A program made the translations under genes and the position numbers. A stretch of DNA of 64,000 nt from an uncultured Verrucomicrobiae bacterium. GTDB lineage: Bacteria > Chlamydiota > Chlamydiia > Chlamydiales > Rhabdochlamydiaceae. Below are positions 47,904-57,960 of the stretch, in pieces. The notes under the pieces were generated by a model. The model saw only the letters and a program-made list of their open reading frames with translations. It was not told the DNA's origin and ran no database searches. The DNA lies in the NCBI GenBank assembly GCA_963818965.1, contig CAWFUG010000009.1, forward strand, positions 160,001 through 224,000, written 5' to 3'. Within the stretch, counting starts at the first letter, position 1. Each line of letters begins with the position of its first letter.

Positions 47904-49157
47904 TCACTGCCGGTTTAGGGCTGCCATTTTCCTGCTATTCCAAAACCCCAGACTCGCCAGTAGAAAACACAAGGCCCCACCCCATGCGATCAGACTCGGA
48001 TAAGCACCCACAGCAGGGCCAACAAATAAGGGACTCAACCCCATTGCAGCAGCGCATACCGACTGATAGACACCTAATACTTCCCCTTGAGATTCGTTGG
48101 AGGTGTGGTTGGATATAACCGTAGTGGCCGTAGGGTAGGCAAAGGCCAGAGAACACAGCATCAATGGGGTAATCCACCAAATATATACGGATTCAGAGGG
48201 GATCAGAAAATTCAACATGCAAACTGCCACTAAAAAAGTCGAGGCAACTGCGATTTTTTCGGGCGAGAAGCGATGCGCGAACTGGGTGGCTATCAAGGCT
48301 CCAATAGCAAACCAAGCCCCGGTATACGCATAGAACTCACCAATATGACTTAAAGAAAAATCAAACCGTTCTCGCAGCAATAAAGGAACGAACTCATTGA
48401 AAAACGACCAGCCAAAATAAAGTGCAAAACCCGCAAAAAACAGCCACCTTAAATTTTTGATTAAGAATACTTTGCGAATGTTGTATAAACCTTCTACGAA
48501 ATTGAAAGTTTTTTTCTCTAAAATTTGTCGGGTCTCTGGGAACTTCCAAACAACTAAAATTAAATTTATTAAAGACATCAATCCTGCAGCAACCAGCGGG
48601 GTAGAATAATTAAACCAACTGACGACAGTAGGGTCAGCAATGATTCCGCCTATAAAAGGCCCAACAGTGAAGCCTAAGCCAAGACAGGAGCTTAAATAAG
48701 CAAATCTTTTCGCTTTGTTTTGCTCTGTACTGATATCTGCAAGTGCTGCCTGAGCCACCGCTGCGGTTGCATCTGAGGCGCCGATAAGTATGCGATACAA
48801 AAAGAGCAGCCATAACGAACTCATATAGATCCCTAGGACAGCAATCATATAGCCGAAACAGCCTAAACTGATTCCTCCTAAAAGAGCCGGTCTTCGTCCC
48901 TTAATATCAGAAAATGTTCCCAAAACAGGCGAAAAGAAAAACTGGGAAATAGGCGTGAGTGCAATGAGAATGCCGAGCATGGCCCCTCGATATTCGGGTG
49001 AGGAGTTTGCTGGGACAATCGAATTGCTCGGGTCGAATAACAGAACTGCAAATATCGGGTAAACCAGTCCGATACCGACATAATCCACAAAAGCAACCAG
49101 AAGGATGATGCTTAAACTCAATTTGGAATTGAGTTTTAAACCACTAGGACCGTCCAT
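47904..49157 (-). CDS. MFS drug:H+ antiporter (TetA-like)
   Basis: GTFSDIKGRRP motif A, GFTVGPFIGG motif C, PET. Confidence 0.9.
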   Translation of the reverse strand: MDGPSGLKLNSKLSLSIILLVAFVDYVGIGLVYPIFAVLLFDPSNSIVPANSSPEYRGAMLGILIALTPISQFFFSPVLGTFSDIKGRRPALLGGISLGCFGYMIAVLGIYMSSLWLLFLYRILIGASDATAAVAQAALADISTEQNKAKRFAYLSSCLGLGFTVGPFIGGIIADPTVVSWFNYSTPLVAAGLMSLINLILVVWKFPETRQILEKKTFNFVEGLYNIRKVFLIKNLRWLFFAGFALYFGWSFFNEFVPLLLRERFDFSLSHIGEFYAYTGAWFAIGALIATQFAHRFSPEKIAVASTFLVAVCMLNFLIPSESVYIWWITPLMLCSLAFAYPTATTVISNHTSNESQGEVLGVYQSVCAAAMGLSPLFVGPAVGAYPSLIAWGGALCFLLASLGFWNSRKMAALNRQ

Positions 49158-49201
49158 GACTAAACCTCGCCTATTGGGATTTTTTGAAAAAAAGGGCCCC
49201 G

Positions 49202-49230
49202 TTTATAAGCTAGTCGGCTTCAATTGTCAA
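49202..49230 (-). promoter_or_regulatory. sigma70-type promoter for the MFS gene
   Basis: Minus strand TTGACA-17nt-TATAAA. Confidence 0.7.
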
Positions 49231-49321
49231 CAGGGAAATTATTGGAGATGAAAATGAGGTGCAAGTTATCCCGAGAACAACAGAAACCTTACTTGTAGAA
49301 AAAACAACTGTTTACGCTCCG

Positions 49322-51406
49322 TTATAGGGAGTCTGTCAAGGTCAGCAGCTGTTGCAGATTGAAATAGAGATCTTCTCTTGGGCCAGGCGGTAGGGGGGTA
49401 TATTGCCAGCTCAGATCGATTTGGGGAGTATTTTGAGCAGAGAGTTTGACGAGCCCAAAGCCGAGATCGATAATGGAAGGGGATTTGTGCAGTTGAGCGA
49501 GGATTTCCTGCGCACGGCCATGTTTTTCAAAATAAGCGGCTCCTATGAAAGCGAGAAGATGCGTCTTGTCCGCCTCTTCAGAGGAAAGCCGTTCATAATA
49601 TTGAGAAGTGATTGGGGAGCTGCTTTCGCCTGTGTAGAAGCAGAGAGCAGCTTCAGTACCTTTCGATAGGAAAAAAGTCTTATTGCCCGTGACAGGATTG
49701 GGGCCGACATGATACTCATGCGAAACGCGTACATCGATCATTCGGTCGGACTCATCTAAATCGAGCATGAGATTTTCGCCGAGGAGAAGCTTCTGATCAG
49801 GTGTAAAGTGGAGTGCAAGCGCTTGGTTGTTGAGATCGGCAATAGGGAAGGCAATGGAGGTCTTTTTCTCCGGATTATCATGTGAAGCAATGTCCACTTG
49901 GACCTTGGAAAAAAGGAGAGAATCTTTATTCAAAGACTCGAAGACTTCGAGGAATCCCGTCGTCGCAGGCCGAGGAAAGTCGACCCACGAAGTGAATTGC
50001 CTCTTGATCTGTACCGGATGAATGCCGACATCTGAGAGGGAGAGTCCTTGTTTTCCCAACTCTTCTTCGACAAAACGGAGGAACAGGATTCCGAGGGTGT
50101 CATCTCCTCCCGCATCGCTATGTTTTGAAATTCTCTGATCTCCTTTTGTGTAGCGCAATAGCCAACGATCCGCACTCGCATACTCTTTTGGCATCAGGCT
50201 GTAGAGATCAAAGCCCTCATTAACTTCCATCTCTTTCATCCAGGGGAAGAGGGGAATCCACTCCTTTCCATCGAAAAAGAGGACCCAAGGATAGGCTACG
50301 AGCGCTTCAGATTCTAGGGGTGTGCAGAGCAAATTTTCTAAAAAATGCTGCGGCAAAACATAGGGGTCTCCTATTGCATATAAAGCGGTGTAACCAGCTT
50401 TGCGCAATAGGTAGACGAGGAGCTGGCATTGCTCCCAAGGGGACCCACACTTTTCTAAAAAAGTCATGCAGGCATTGCGCTGAATGCTCCGCGCGTAAAA
50501 GATCCTGCCTGCCTGGCGAGACATTCGGTTATCGAAAGCGATTTCATTCTGGACATATCTCGCAAGAGTTAACGGATCGCCCTTTAACTGGTCCACAAAG
50601 GTATCGAGAACAGGAAAGCTCTTAGCGTGTCCCTCTTCTAATTGAACCGTAGGAGCATTTCGCTTGGATTTTTTATTTTTTGGAAGCGGTTCTTTTTCCT
50701 CCAAGCGCGTAAACTTCTCTTTTAAAGCAGCGCGTTGTGTGTGCCAAGTCTCAGCTTCTGTCGCGTACTGCATCGCACCCATCTGGTGTATTTCGATGAC
50801 TTGTCGTACAGTGTTCTTGCTTTCCTCATCGGGACACCAGTCCAATGCCTCGGTTGCAAGCCCCCTAGCCTCTTCGAAACGCAAGCTCACCTCATTGAGA
50901 GTCGAGATCACTTCATCGGCGCGGTTCCAGTCGCGCTGGCAATTTTGTCCCATCTCCTGAGCGCGCTCAGCTCTCCTGATACTCTCTTCATAAAGAGGAA
51001 CCGCCTTTGCGAGATGAATCGTACGGTGGACCGCGCCTTCTAGACTGTTGATCTCAGCGCGCAGCAGCATCTGATTCTGTTTACACTGCTGCTTGATCTG
51101 TGACCACTTCTTGCGTCTGCGCTTAGGCTTGCCTGAGATCTTCTTCAATACATGATTGTAGCGATCGATCGCCTTTTGACAAGAGTGGATGGACTTATGC
51201 AAAAGTCCGATCTGCTGCTCCTGTTCCGGAAGTCCCATCCCATTGAACTGTGTGATGAGCTCATCATGCTGCTTCCAATCTGCCATAGTTTTTTCCTCTA
51301 TTTTCGCATAATCCTGCTTCCAAAACCGCGCGTAAACCAGGTTCGGCACCACAATCAACAACATCCAGATGCGCATCCATTTCATAGAGATTCCTCGTTT
51401 GAGCAA
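49322..51406 (-). CDS. Secreted coiled-coil plus transglutaminase-like protein, possibly C-terminally truncated
   Basis: Signal-like MKWMRIWMLLIVVPNLVYA, helical N-half, LARYVQNEI...GSPWEQCQLLVYLLRKAGY. Confidence 0.55.
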   Translation of the reverse strand: MLKRGISMKWMRIWMLLIVVPNLVYARFWKQDYAKIEEKTMADWKQHDELITQFNGMGLPEQEQQIGLLHKSIHSCQKAIDRYNHVLKKISGKPKRRRKKWSQIKQQCKQNQMLLRAEINSLEGAVHRTIHLAKAVPLYEESIRRAERAQEMGQNCQRDWNRADEVISTLNEVSLRFEEARGLATEALDWCPDEESKNTVRQVIEIHQMGAMQYATEAETWHTQRAALKEKFTRLEEKEPLPKNKKSKRNAPTVQLEEGHAKSFPVLDTFVDQLKGDPLTLARYVQNEIAFDNRMSRQAGRIFYARSIQRNACMTFLEKCGSPWEQCQLLVYLLRKAGYTALYAIGDPYVLPQHFLENLLCTPLESEALVAYPWVLFFDGKEWIPLFPWMKEMEVNEGFDLYSLMPKEYASADRWLLRYTKGDQRISKHSDAGGDDTLGILFLRFVEEELGKQGLSLSDVGIHPVQIKRQFTSWVDFPRPATTGFLEVFESLNKDSLLFSKVQVDIASHDNPEKKTSIAFPIADLNNQALALHFTPDQKLLLGENLMLDLDESDRMIDVRVSHEYHVGPNPVTGNKTFFLSKGTEAALCFYTGESSSPITSQYYERLSSEEADKTHLLAFIGAAYFEKHGRAQEILAQLHKSPSIIDLGFGLVKLSAQNTPQIDLSWQYTPLPPGPREDLYFNLQQLLTLTDSL

Positions 51407-51737
51407 ACAAAATTATTAACCAAATTCGCAGTTAAACACCAGTGACAAATCAAGCTCCTTGAAAAAAAATTTAAGAAACTTCGATCAGCGAGCTCTGAAG
51501 TTATTAAAGGAAGATAAATAATAAAAAAGTTGCGCTCATGGAGAGCTAAGGTTGTACTGGACCTTAAAAACTGTCGAACGAATCTGGATCACTTCACCTG
51601 AAATTACATCAGTACTTCTCGTCAAAATAATTCAATTGACCGACCAGTAATGATCGTGCAATATCAAATTAATGTGAGTTGGGTTTAGAACGGAGGGACG
51701 TGTTATTAAATTTCCAACAGCCGAGAGCTTCTTCTAA

Positions 51738-52856
51738 ATGTTAAAAACATTAGGGAAATATAAAGATGTAGCACGGGTAGCGATACCAGCTTTGCTAGCT
51801 ATTAGCATAGTTGAGGTTGTGAATATCCAAATGTACCTTTCTGCTCCTTTAGCTCAAGGGGGAGCTCTTGTGCTTTTTCTGTGGGTAACATTACAGATGA
51901 TCCCAGGTTTTTTGTTTGGCTACATATCGGACAAACATTTTAGAAAGGCCACACTTATTATATGTCAAATCTTGGGATTAGTGGGTGGGCTAATTCTATG
52001 GGTTTTTGGATTCGAGACGTGGGTTTTTATATTAATTGCATTGACTTTCAACCCTATTCCAGTCGCTCGAGCTGCTCTTCTCGATCATTTTCCTAAACAT
52101 TCCACAGTGAAACTCGTTTCGATTACATTTTTTGCGCAATATTTTCCCTGGGTTATGTATTCCTATATTGCTGGAATTGAATTTTCTTCTGTTTTGAAAT
52201 TTGTTCTTTTTGTTTTGGCGTTAAATACCCTATTGACGATTTTTTTATTTAAAGGTGACGTGGCCAAGCCAGAGGAAGCTCAGCCAAAAAGCGAGGGAAA
52301 AATTCAATTATTCAGGAAAAATCTTCCTCTAACCTTTACTTTGGTGGCATTTATCTTTGCAGAAGCCGCTTTTTATTTACTCTGGGCCTTCCTTGAAAAT
52401 GATCCAAATGGGCATAAGATACTTTCTGTTACAAATATGGGAACCATCCTTGGTATAGGCATCGCAATGTTGTATACCAAAGTACACCATATGTCTATCA
52501 TTACCCTTTTCTATAGTGTGGGTGCTGCAGCTACTTTTATTGCATTCACTCATTGCTTTTCGTCTTCCATAGCATGCTTTGACAACCTAACCAGCTCTAT
52601 GAGCTTTTATTGCATTATCGGTGGGATGTATTTACCTTTTGTGACTGATGGGGTAATCAAAATGTTAGGCGCGAAACATAGAGCCTTGGGGTCCGCCTTT
52701 ATTGAATTGGGAAGTACTGTTGCTGTGTTTTTTGCGCCGGTCTTGAATATTCTATACCAGCAGAATTCTTACAACATACTATTGACTATAGTGATCTTCT
52801 TGTTTTTGGCTGCTTTTTTCCAAAAAGTAGTAGAAAAGAGAATTGTTTTTCGTTGA
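51738..52856 (+). CDS. Divergent MFS transporter
   Basis: FGYISDKHFRK motif A-like; about 12 hydrophobic segments; AT-rich. Confidence 0.75.
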   Translation: MLKTLGKYKDVARVAIPALLAISIVEVVNIQMYLSAPLAQGGALVLFLWVTLQMIPGFLFGYISDKHFRKATLIICQILGLVGGLILWVFGFETWVFILIALTFNPIPVARAALLDHFPKHSTVKLVSITFFAQYFPWVMYSYIAGIEFSSVLKFVLFVLALNTLLTIFLFKGDVAKPEEAQPKSEGKIQLFRKNLPLTFTLVAFIFAEAAFYLLWAFLENDPNGHKILSVTNMGTILGIGIAMLYTKVHHMSIITLFYSVGAAATFIAFTHCFSSSIACFDNLTSSMSFYCIIGGMYLPFVTDGVIKMLGAKHRALGSAFIELGSTVAVFFAPVLNILYQQNSYNILLTIVIFLFLAAFFQKVVEKRIVFR

Positions 52857-52882
52857 TGCTTTGGATAGCTATTTTCTCAAGC

Positions 52883-53647
52883 TCATATCAACAGGCCATG
52901 TCCGCCATCCACCGTGATATTTTGACCATTAATGTGGTTGGCCATAGGAGAAAATAGCCACAGGGCTGCCTCTGCAATATCTTTTGGGGTTGCATTTTTT
53001 TTTAGGGGATTTTCGTCTTTTAATTGTTGCTTCGCTTCTTTTGAAGCAATTCTTTCAAGCATGGGCGTTTCAACGGCACCAGGACTAATTGCGTTGATTC
53101 GGATGTTTGCTTTCCCGTACTCAACAGCTGCAACTCTTGTAAGAGCGTTCACTCCAGACTTACTTGCAGTATAGATAGAAGTATTTGGTAGGGCTCGATC
53201 TGCTATTACAGAGGAAATATTGACAATGCCCCCAAATCCATGCTTTAGCATGGCTTGAATTTGGTACTTCATTGAAGTCCAAACTCCTTTCAAATTCACT
53301 CCGATTACATAATCCCAATCGGTTTCATCTTGATCTGTGAATGGAACGAATTTACCTTCAGTGCCGGCGCAATTTAAGGCAAAATCAATTCGGCCGAAGT
53401 GGCTACATGCCTCTTCCACAAACTTTCTAACAGATTCATCTTTGTCGATTTCTGTGGGAATGAACAAGATTTCTCCAGAGAAATTGGCAGTTTCTTGAAT
53501 TAGAGATTGACCAGCAATTAGATCTCTACCGCCCGCTGCCACATTCATTCCCAACTGGGAAAATAAAACAGCAGCTTCTCTTCCTATGCCAGAAGTAGCT
53601 CCAGTTACAATAACGACTTTGCCCTTGAAGAAATCGGAAGGAATCAT
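52883..53647 (-). CDS. Classical SDR oxidoreductase
   Basis: TGATSGIG, NCAG, YTASK, IRINAISPG. Confidence 0.93.
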   Translation of the reverse strand: MIPSDFFKGKVVIVTGATSGIGREAAVLFSQLGMNVAAGGRDLIAGQSLIQETANFSGEILFIPTEIDKDESVRKFVEEACSHFGRIDFALNCAGTEGKFVPFTDQDETDWDYVIGVNLKGVWTSMKYQIQAMLKHGFGGIVNISSVIADRALPNTSIYTASKSGVNALTRVAAVEYGKANIRINAISPGAVETPMLERIASKEAKQQLKDENPLKKNATPKDIAEAALWLFSPMANHINGQNITVDGGHGLLI

Positions 53648-53675
53648 CTTAAGTCTCCTTATTGGAATCGGTGTT

Positions 53676-54818
53676 TTAAAGGCCTTGCAACTCCAGGTGT
53701 TCTCTTTTCACCTTAGCCTCGAGCTGGTGGTCCAATGCGATGATCCCTTGGATGGAACCTTGTAGGTTGCGCGCTTGAAGGATTCCAGCTGTTATGAGGG
53801 CGATTGTCAATTGGATCAGCTCGGGGGCAATATTTTCCCTGTCTCCATCGAAATTTACAGGAAAGCCGCTATTGATCAAGAGTAAATTCTCTACGGATAA
53901 GTCTTGATGGCAGATTTCTGTCTTAGAGATGCGTTTTCTCAAATGATGGGAGTCGAATTCTCTGTCAGAGGATGAAACGCTAACTAGTGCTGTGCCAGCC
54001 GATAATGAGGAGTGTAGGTGTTGTGGAATACTAGTTGTACCCGTACATCCGATAATCAAGCGGAAATCTTGCAGAATATTAGGTAGCTCGCCTGCGCAGT
54101 CGCTGATCGATTCGTCTTTGTCATAAATAAAGACACTCATATCAGGGGATAGTTTTTCTTTGATCGCTTGCCCGATGGCGCCGCCACCGATGATGAGGGC
54201 TTGTTCAAAAGCCAAATCCCTTTCTTTCAAGCTCTTGTATAGGCGTTCTGCTGCGGCTTGAGCGATCATGGGCGATTCTAACGAGAGTTTTACGGGGGAA
54301 CGCGCGACGTTAATGACGGGAAAGGTTAAGTGGCAAGAGCGAATGGCCTCATATCCTGATGAGGTCTGCTCTATGGCGACAATGGAGACGTTATTTGGCA
54401 AATTTTCGCTGAGGTATTTGATGCATTTACCCCCATCGTCCAGGACAATAATGTGATCGTAAGAGTCGCTGGATAAATCGGAGAGTCTTTCTGAAAGGAA
54501 GCTTTGTATTTTTTGATCAAAAAAGTCATCGAAAGGATGATGCGAGGAATAGAATAGACTTCCTGCGCATACATCAATGCCATCCTTTAACATCTCTTCA
54601 TAGACCTCTTTACAGGAAGAATAGCATTTGCCTATGAGAGAGATGTTTTCTGGTTTCACGCCCAATCGATAAAGGGATTGAAACATCGAATGTGTGGTCT
54701 CGAGAATGTGTTGGACTCCGATGATTTTCACATTCGATAGGGATAGACCTTGATAGGAGTCAATCAGAGATTCTACCAGAGGAAGAATGAGGTTGGGGGA
54801 TTGGCTGGTCGATGTCAT
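53676..54818 (-). CDS. Divergent S-adenosylhomocysteine-hydrolase-like NAD-binding protein
   Basis: VQHIL, LDDGG, EQTSSG, FPVINVA.S..K, GGGAIG align in order with AhcY motifs H, DDGG, EETTTG, FPAINVNDS..K, GYGxxG. Confidence 0.7.
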   Translation of the reverse strand: MTSTSQSPNLILPLVESLIDSYQGLSLSNVKIIGVQHILETTHSMFQSLYRLGVKPENISLIGKCYSSCKEVYEEMLKDGIDVCAGSLFYSSHHPFDDFFDQKIQSFLSERLSDLSSDSYDHIIVLDDGGKCIKYLSENLPNNVSIVAIEQTSSGYEAIRSCHLTFPVINVARSPVKLSLESPMIAQAAAERLYKSLKERDLAFEQALIIGGGAIGQAIKEKLSPDMSVFIYDKDESISDCAGELPNILQDFRLIIGCTGTTSIPQHLHSSLSAGTALVSVSSSDREFDSHHLRKRISKTEICHQDLSVENLLLINSGFPVNFDGDRENIAPELIQLTIALITAGILQARNLQGSIQGIIALDHQLEAKVKREHLELQGL

Positions 54819-54830
54819 ATTCTCTTTTCC

Positions 54831-55277
54831 TTAGCGTCCAGCCAAAAGTTCCTCTGGAGCGTGTAGATCCAGATTGGGGAACACTTCGCTGAGCAGCTGG
54901 CAGTAGGGGCTTAAGTTTGGATCTTCGACAGGGGCGACTGTATAAATGGAGATTCCCGTTGCTACGGCATACCCAATTTCAAGAATGGCGGCTTTTCCCA
55001 AATACCCATTGAAATTTGCGACAACCAAAAAGGTCGATCGTCTAATTTTAGCAAAGACAGAATCTTGTAGTAGTTTAGGGTGCGTTATGGGATCTGAATC
55101 GAGGATGATGAATTCTTCATCTGGATTAACGGCACACTCTCCTGTAGGTGAGAGTACTGTGACGTAGGCGTTTTCCAGCTCTTTCTTTAAGAGCATGATC
55201 TCTTTGAGGTGTTTCCTGAAAGATCCGCTGATTACTGTGCAGATGGTTTCTTTGTGTATTTTATTTTTATTATTCAT
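54831..55277 (-). CDS. Nucleoside 2-deoxyribosyltransferase-like (nucleotide N-glycosidase fold) protein
   Basis: VISGS, VLSP, KIRRS.FLVV.N..GYLG.AA..EIGYA...GI.IY. Confidence 0.65.
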   Translation of the reverse strand: MNNKNKIHKETICTVISGSFRKHLKEIMLLKKELENAYVTVLSPTGECAVNPDEEFIILDSDPITHPKLLQDSVFAKIRRSTFLVVANFNGYLGKAAILEIGYAVATGISIYTVAPVEDPNLSPYCQLLSEVFPNLDLHAPEELLAGR

Positions 55278-55290
55278 GGTTTTATTTATG

Positions 55291-55791
55291 TTATTTGCTT
55301 AGGCTCGACTGTAGTTTTTCTTTCACCCAAAGGTAAGCTTCCCTCTGAGCTGTTAAAAGGTCCATGGATTCGAATTCTTCCATACTGACCCAACGGTATC
55401 CGCAGTGTTCCTCATAATTAATGAAGACCGGCGTATCGCTGGTTATTTTCGCGTAGTAAAGATATAGACCATACTGTCCATCGCAAGGGGTCTCACTCAT
55501 TGCCGTATCTAGAAGCTCTATTGAACCAGGATTAATTTGTATCTTAGTCTCTTCATGAAGCTCTCTAAGAAGACCAGTAATAGGGTGTTCTCCCTGATCG
55601 AGTTTTCCTCCTGGGATACCCCACAACTTGTGCTGAGCATCCTTCCGAGCTCTCTGGAGCACTAAAATCTTGTCACCCTTGGCTAAAAAAATGGTGACGA
55701 CTCGTTTTGATGGATGTGTACAAGAGGCATCCAATGGATTCCAATCGGACACATATTCAAAACTTCCGACATTCGGTAAAACACTAATCAT
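55291..55791 (-). CDS. NUDIX hydrolase
   Basis: WGIPGGKLDQGE.....LLRELHEETKI, EH..YRWV. Confidence 0.9.
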   Translation of the reverse strand: MISVLPNVGSFEYVSDWNPLDASCTHPSKRVVTIFLAKGDKILVLQRARKDAQHKLWGIPGGKLDQGEHPITGLLRELHEETKIQINPGSIELLDTAMSETPCDGQYGLYLYYAKITSDTPVFINYEEHCGYRWVSMEEFESMDLLTAQREAYLWVKEKLQSSLSK

Positions 55792-55993
55792 TCACGCTCT
55801 CCTTATCGACAAAAACCCTCTTATTCAGAGATTTAGAAAGAAGAAGTCCTATGAGTCCACCCACTAGAACAGCTCCCATCGCTACAACTCCTCCCGGAGG
55901 CGTTGAGACAATAAATCCCATTAATCCGCCGATTAATATACAGCTAATACTGCTTATATACCTATACAATTTCATTATTTTATCTTTTTCCAC
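55784..55993 (-). CDS. Small two-TM membrane protein, first gene of the NUDIX operon
   Basis: Two Gly-rich hydrophobic segments; stop overlaps the NUDIX start. Confidence 0.6.
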   Translation of the reverse strand: MEKDKIMKLYRYISSISCILIGGLMGFIVSTPPGGVVAMGAVLVGGLIGLLLSKSLNKRVFVDKESVND

Positions 55994-56024
55994 AGAAACT
56001 CCAATTGTTTGTTTCTTGTTCTAA

Positions 56025-56053
56025 AATATACACCAATGGCAGATTATAGTCAA
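56025..56053 (-). promoter_or_regulatory. sigma70-type promoter for the NUDIX/NDT/SAHH/SDR operon
   Basis: Minus strand TTGACT-17nt-TATATT. Confidence 0.6.
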
Positions 56054-56150
56054 TTTTTTAATACTTTTTTGCATTAACTGTTCAAGATTCTAATTTTTCG
56101 TAATTTAAATTCAATGAATGCGTTGTTGCGCGGGGTTTTTAAAAAAATAT

Positions 56151-56684
56151 TTAATCCCATTCTTCATAGGAGGGGTGATTTTCATAAATCTTTCTGTTTT
56201 TGGGCCAGCTGTATTTTGTAATAAAATCATTGTGTTTGGGAGCCAATTGGATCATTTCTTCATAAAAACCCGCTATATCATCTTCAGGATCCCATCCTGG
56301 GGCTACACAATGAGTGACAAGAGAAAATTTAGCTCCAGTGACGGGTTGAGCAGCAAACCACGTATTTTTTTCCACAATATAGAGTAATTGTTCCCCTTTG
56401 GAGATGTTAGGACCGACCCGCACTGTTTCAATTTCCCCATTTTTTATCAGAAATAAGTCAATGGCTCCTCCCAAGCAATACTGCCAACTCTCGTCTGACA
56501 AGAGTTTATGCAATGGGAAAATTCCACCGCTTAAAACCATGTAATATGCCCAATTAAATAAGGGTCTTCTTTTTTTACCTTCGCCTATAAAGATGTCGGA
56601 GCTATAACCTTCCTTAATAAAATCATCGTCCCATAGTTTCTGGAGACCTAACGTCTTGATAATTTCTTTAATTTCTGTGTCCAT
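56151..56684 (-). CDS. Cupin_5 (DUF985/YML079-like) protein
   Basis: IIKTLGL, LHKL.SDE.W, GP....GE....V....WFAA, FSLV.H.VAPGW. Confidence 0.8.
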   Translation of the reverse strand: MDTEIKEIIKTLGLQKLWDDDFIKEGYSSDIFIGEGKKRRPLFNWAYYMVLSGGIFPLHKLLSDESWQYCLGGAIDLFLIKNGEIETVRVGPNISKGEQLLYIVEKNTWFAAQPVTGAKFSLVTHCVAPGWDPEDDIAGFYEEMIQLAPKHNDFITKYSWPKNRKIYENHPSYEEWD

Positions 56685-56898
56685 AAAAAAATCTCGAGCT
56701 GCTTTTTTTGTCTTGTAGTGGATTGTAACACAGCACTTGTATTGTCAGGTGTATCAATTTGGGGGAAATCTCCAGGGGTGTCCTCTAAGGTTACAGAAGG
56801 CATAGGAGGTGTTAAATATTTTCCATTGCATTTTTGGGAGTCAGTATTTTAATGTTGACTTGCTTTTCCTGTTTTATTAATATTACATTATCAAATTT

Positions 56899-57954
56899 GT
56901 GATTAGGATGTTAGTTGTGACAAAAATAAAATCAGTTTGTTTTAGTGCTAATTGGAATCACAATTTAAAAAGCCAAGAGTCTGTAAAAAGACCCGTATGG
57001 GATGCATTCAGTACCCCCTTAAGAGCTCTTTGTGCAAGAAATGTATTGCCTGCTGCCTATCATTCAAGCGAGACCAAAGATTCGGTAGAAAAAAATTGGA
57101 AAAAGATCTGGGTCGGAAAAGGATCAAAGGGCAAGAAACTGCGTAAAGGGTTCCAGCCCATTGCGCTAAATATCAAAACACCAGATGGAGCACGTATCAA
57201 AGGAGTCTTTTATAAAAGCCAAAAGACAACAAGCACTGATATCCCCACAATTCTTTATTGCCAACCTAATTTAGGCTTGTCTAAAGCGAAATGCCACCAA
57301 TGGATGCTCAAAAAAGCTGCAAAAACGGATGTTCCTTACAATGTCGTTCTGTTCGACTATAGAGGCTGTGGAAAGAGCAAACTCAGCTCTAAATCGTCTC
57401 ATCTCAATGCCAAAAAACTCGTTATCGATGCAGATTCTGTTTACCAATGTGTTCGAAAAAAGCTGGGAATTGCGGCCAAAAATGTCCGCTTCTACGGATG
57501 GTCCTTAGGGGGAGCGGTAAGTGCCCAAGTGGCAGCTTTGCACCCACGCTCTGGTGCCCATGTCCATTCCCGCTCGTTTTCTTCCCTTAAGGGTGTTGTG
57601 CAAGCGTATTTTCCTCGCGTCCTTGCCAGAGTCGTGAATAAGATCTTTCAGGCTTTTCATTGGGTATTCGACACTTTTAAAGTATGGAAGAAAATCAAAG
57701 ACCGCTCGCTTGTTGTTTATCACCCTAAAGATCGAGTCATTCCTCAGTCTGCAAGTCTAGCTTCCAAGGTCGGTCGTAAGCATAAGTTGCAATTGCGATT
57801 GAAAAAGAAGTCTAAAAATAACTCAGGCCGTATTAATCACCATGGCATGCCTTATCGAGCCTACACTAGCAAGAAAGGAATGGGCGCAAGAAAACAGATC
57901 TTGAACTTTCTCCTCGAGCAACCGGCATTTTCTTCCGCAAAAACCAAAAAGTGA
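56899..57954 (+). CDS. Alpha/beta hydrolase (ABHD12/13/17-like), very basic, candidate effector
   Basis: TPDG..I.G, FDYRGCGKS, YGWSLGG, RSFSSL, D.VIP, HH. Confidence 0.82.
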   Translation: MIRMLVVTKIKSVCFSANWNHNLKSQESVKRPVWDAFSTPLRALCARNVLPAAYHSSETKDSVEKNWKKIWVGKGSKGKKLRKGFQPIALNIKTPDGARIKGVFYKSQKTTSTDIPTILYCQPNLGLSKAKCHQWMLKKAAKTDVPYNVVLFDYRGCGKSKLSSKSSHLNAKKLVIDADSVYQCVRKKLGIAAKNVRFYGWSLGGAVSAQVAALHPRSGAHVHSRSFSSLKGVVQAYFPRVLARVVNKIFQAFHWVFDTFKVWKKIKDRSLVVYHPKDRVIPQSASLASKVGRKHKLQLRLKKKSKNNSGRINHHGMPYRAYTSKKGMGARKQILNFLLEQPAFSSAKTKK

Positions 57955-57960
57955 GTGGCC

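Noticed and set aside
51420..51737. Long intergenic region as ncRNA or riboswitch
   Set aside because: No convincing stem-loop or known motif seen; consistent with divergent promoters.
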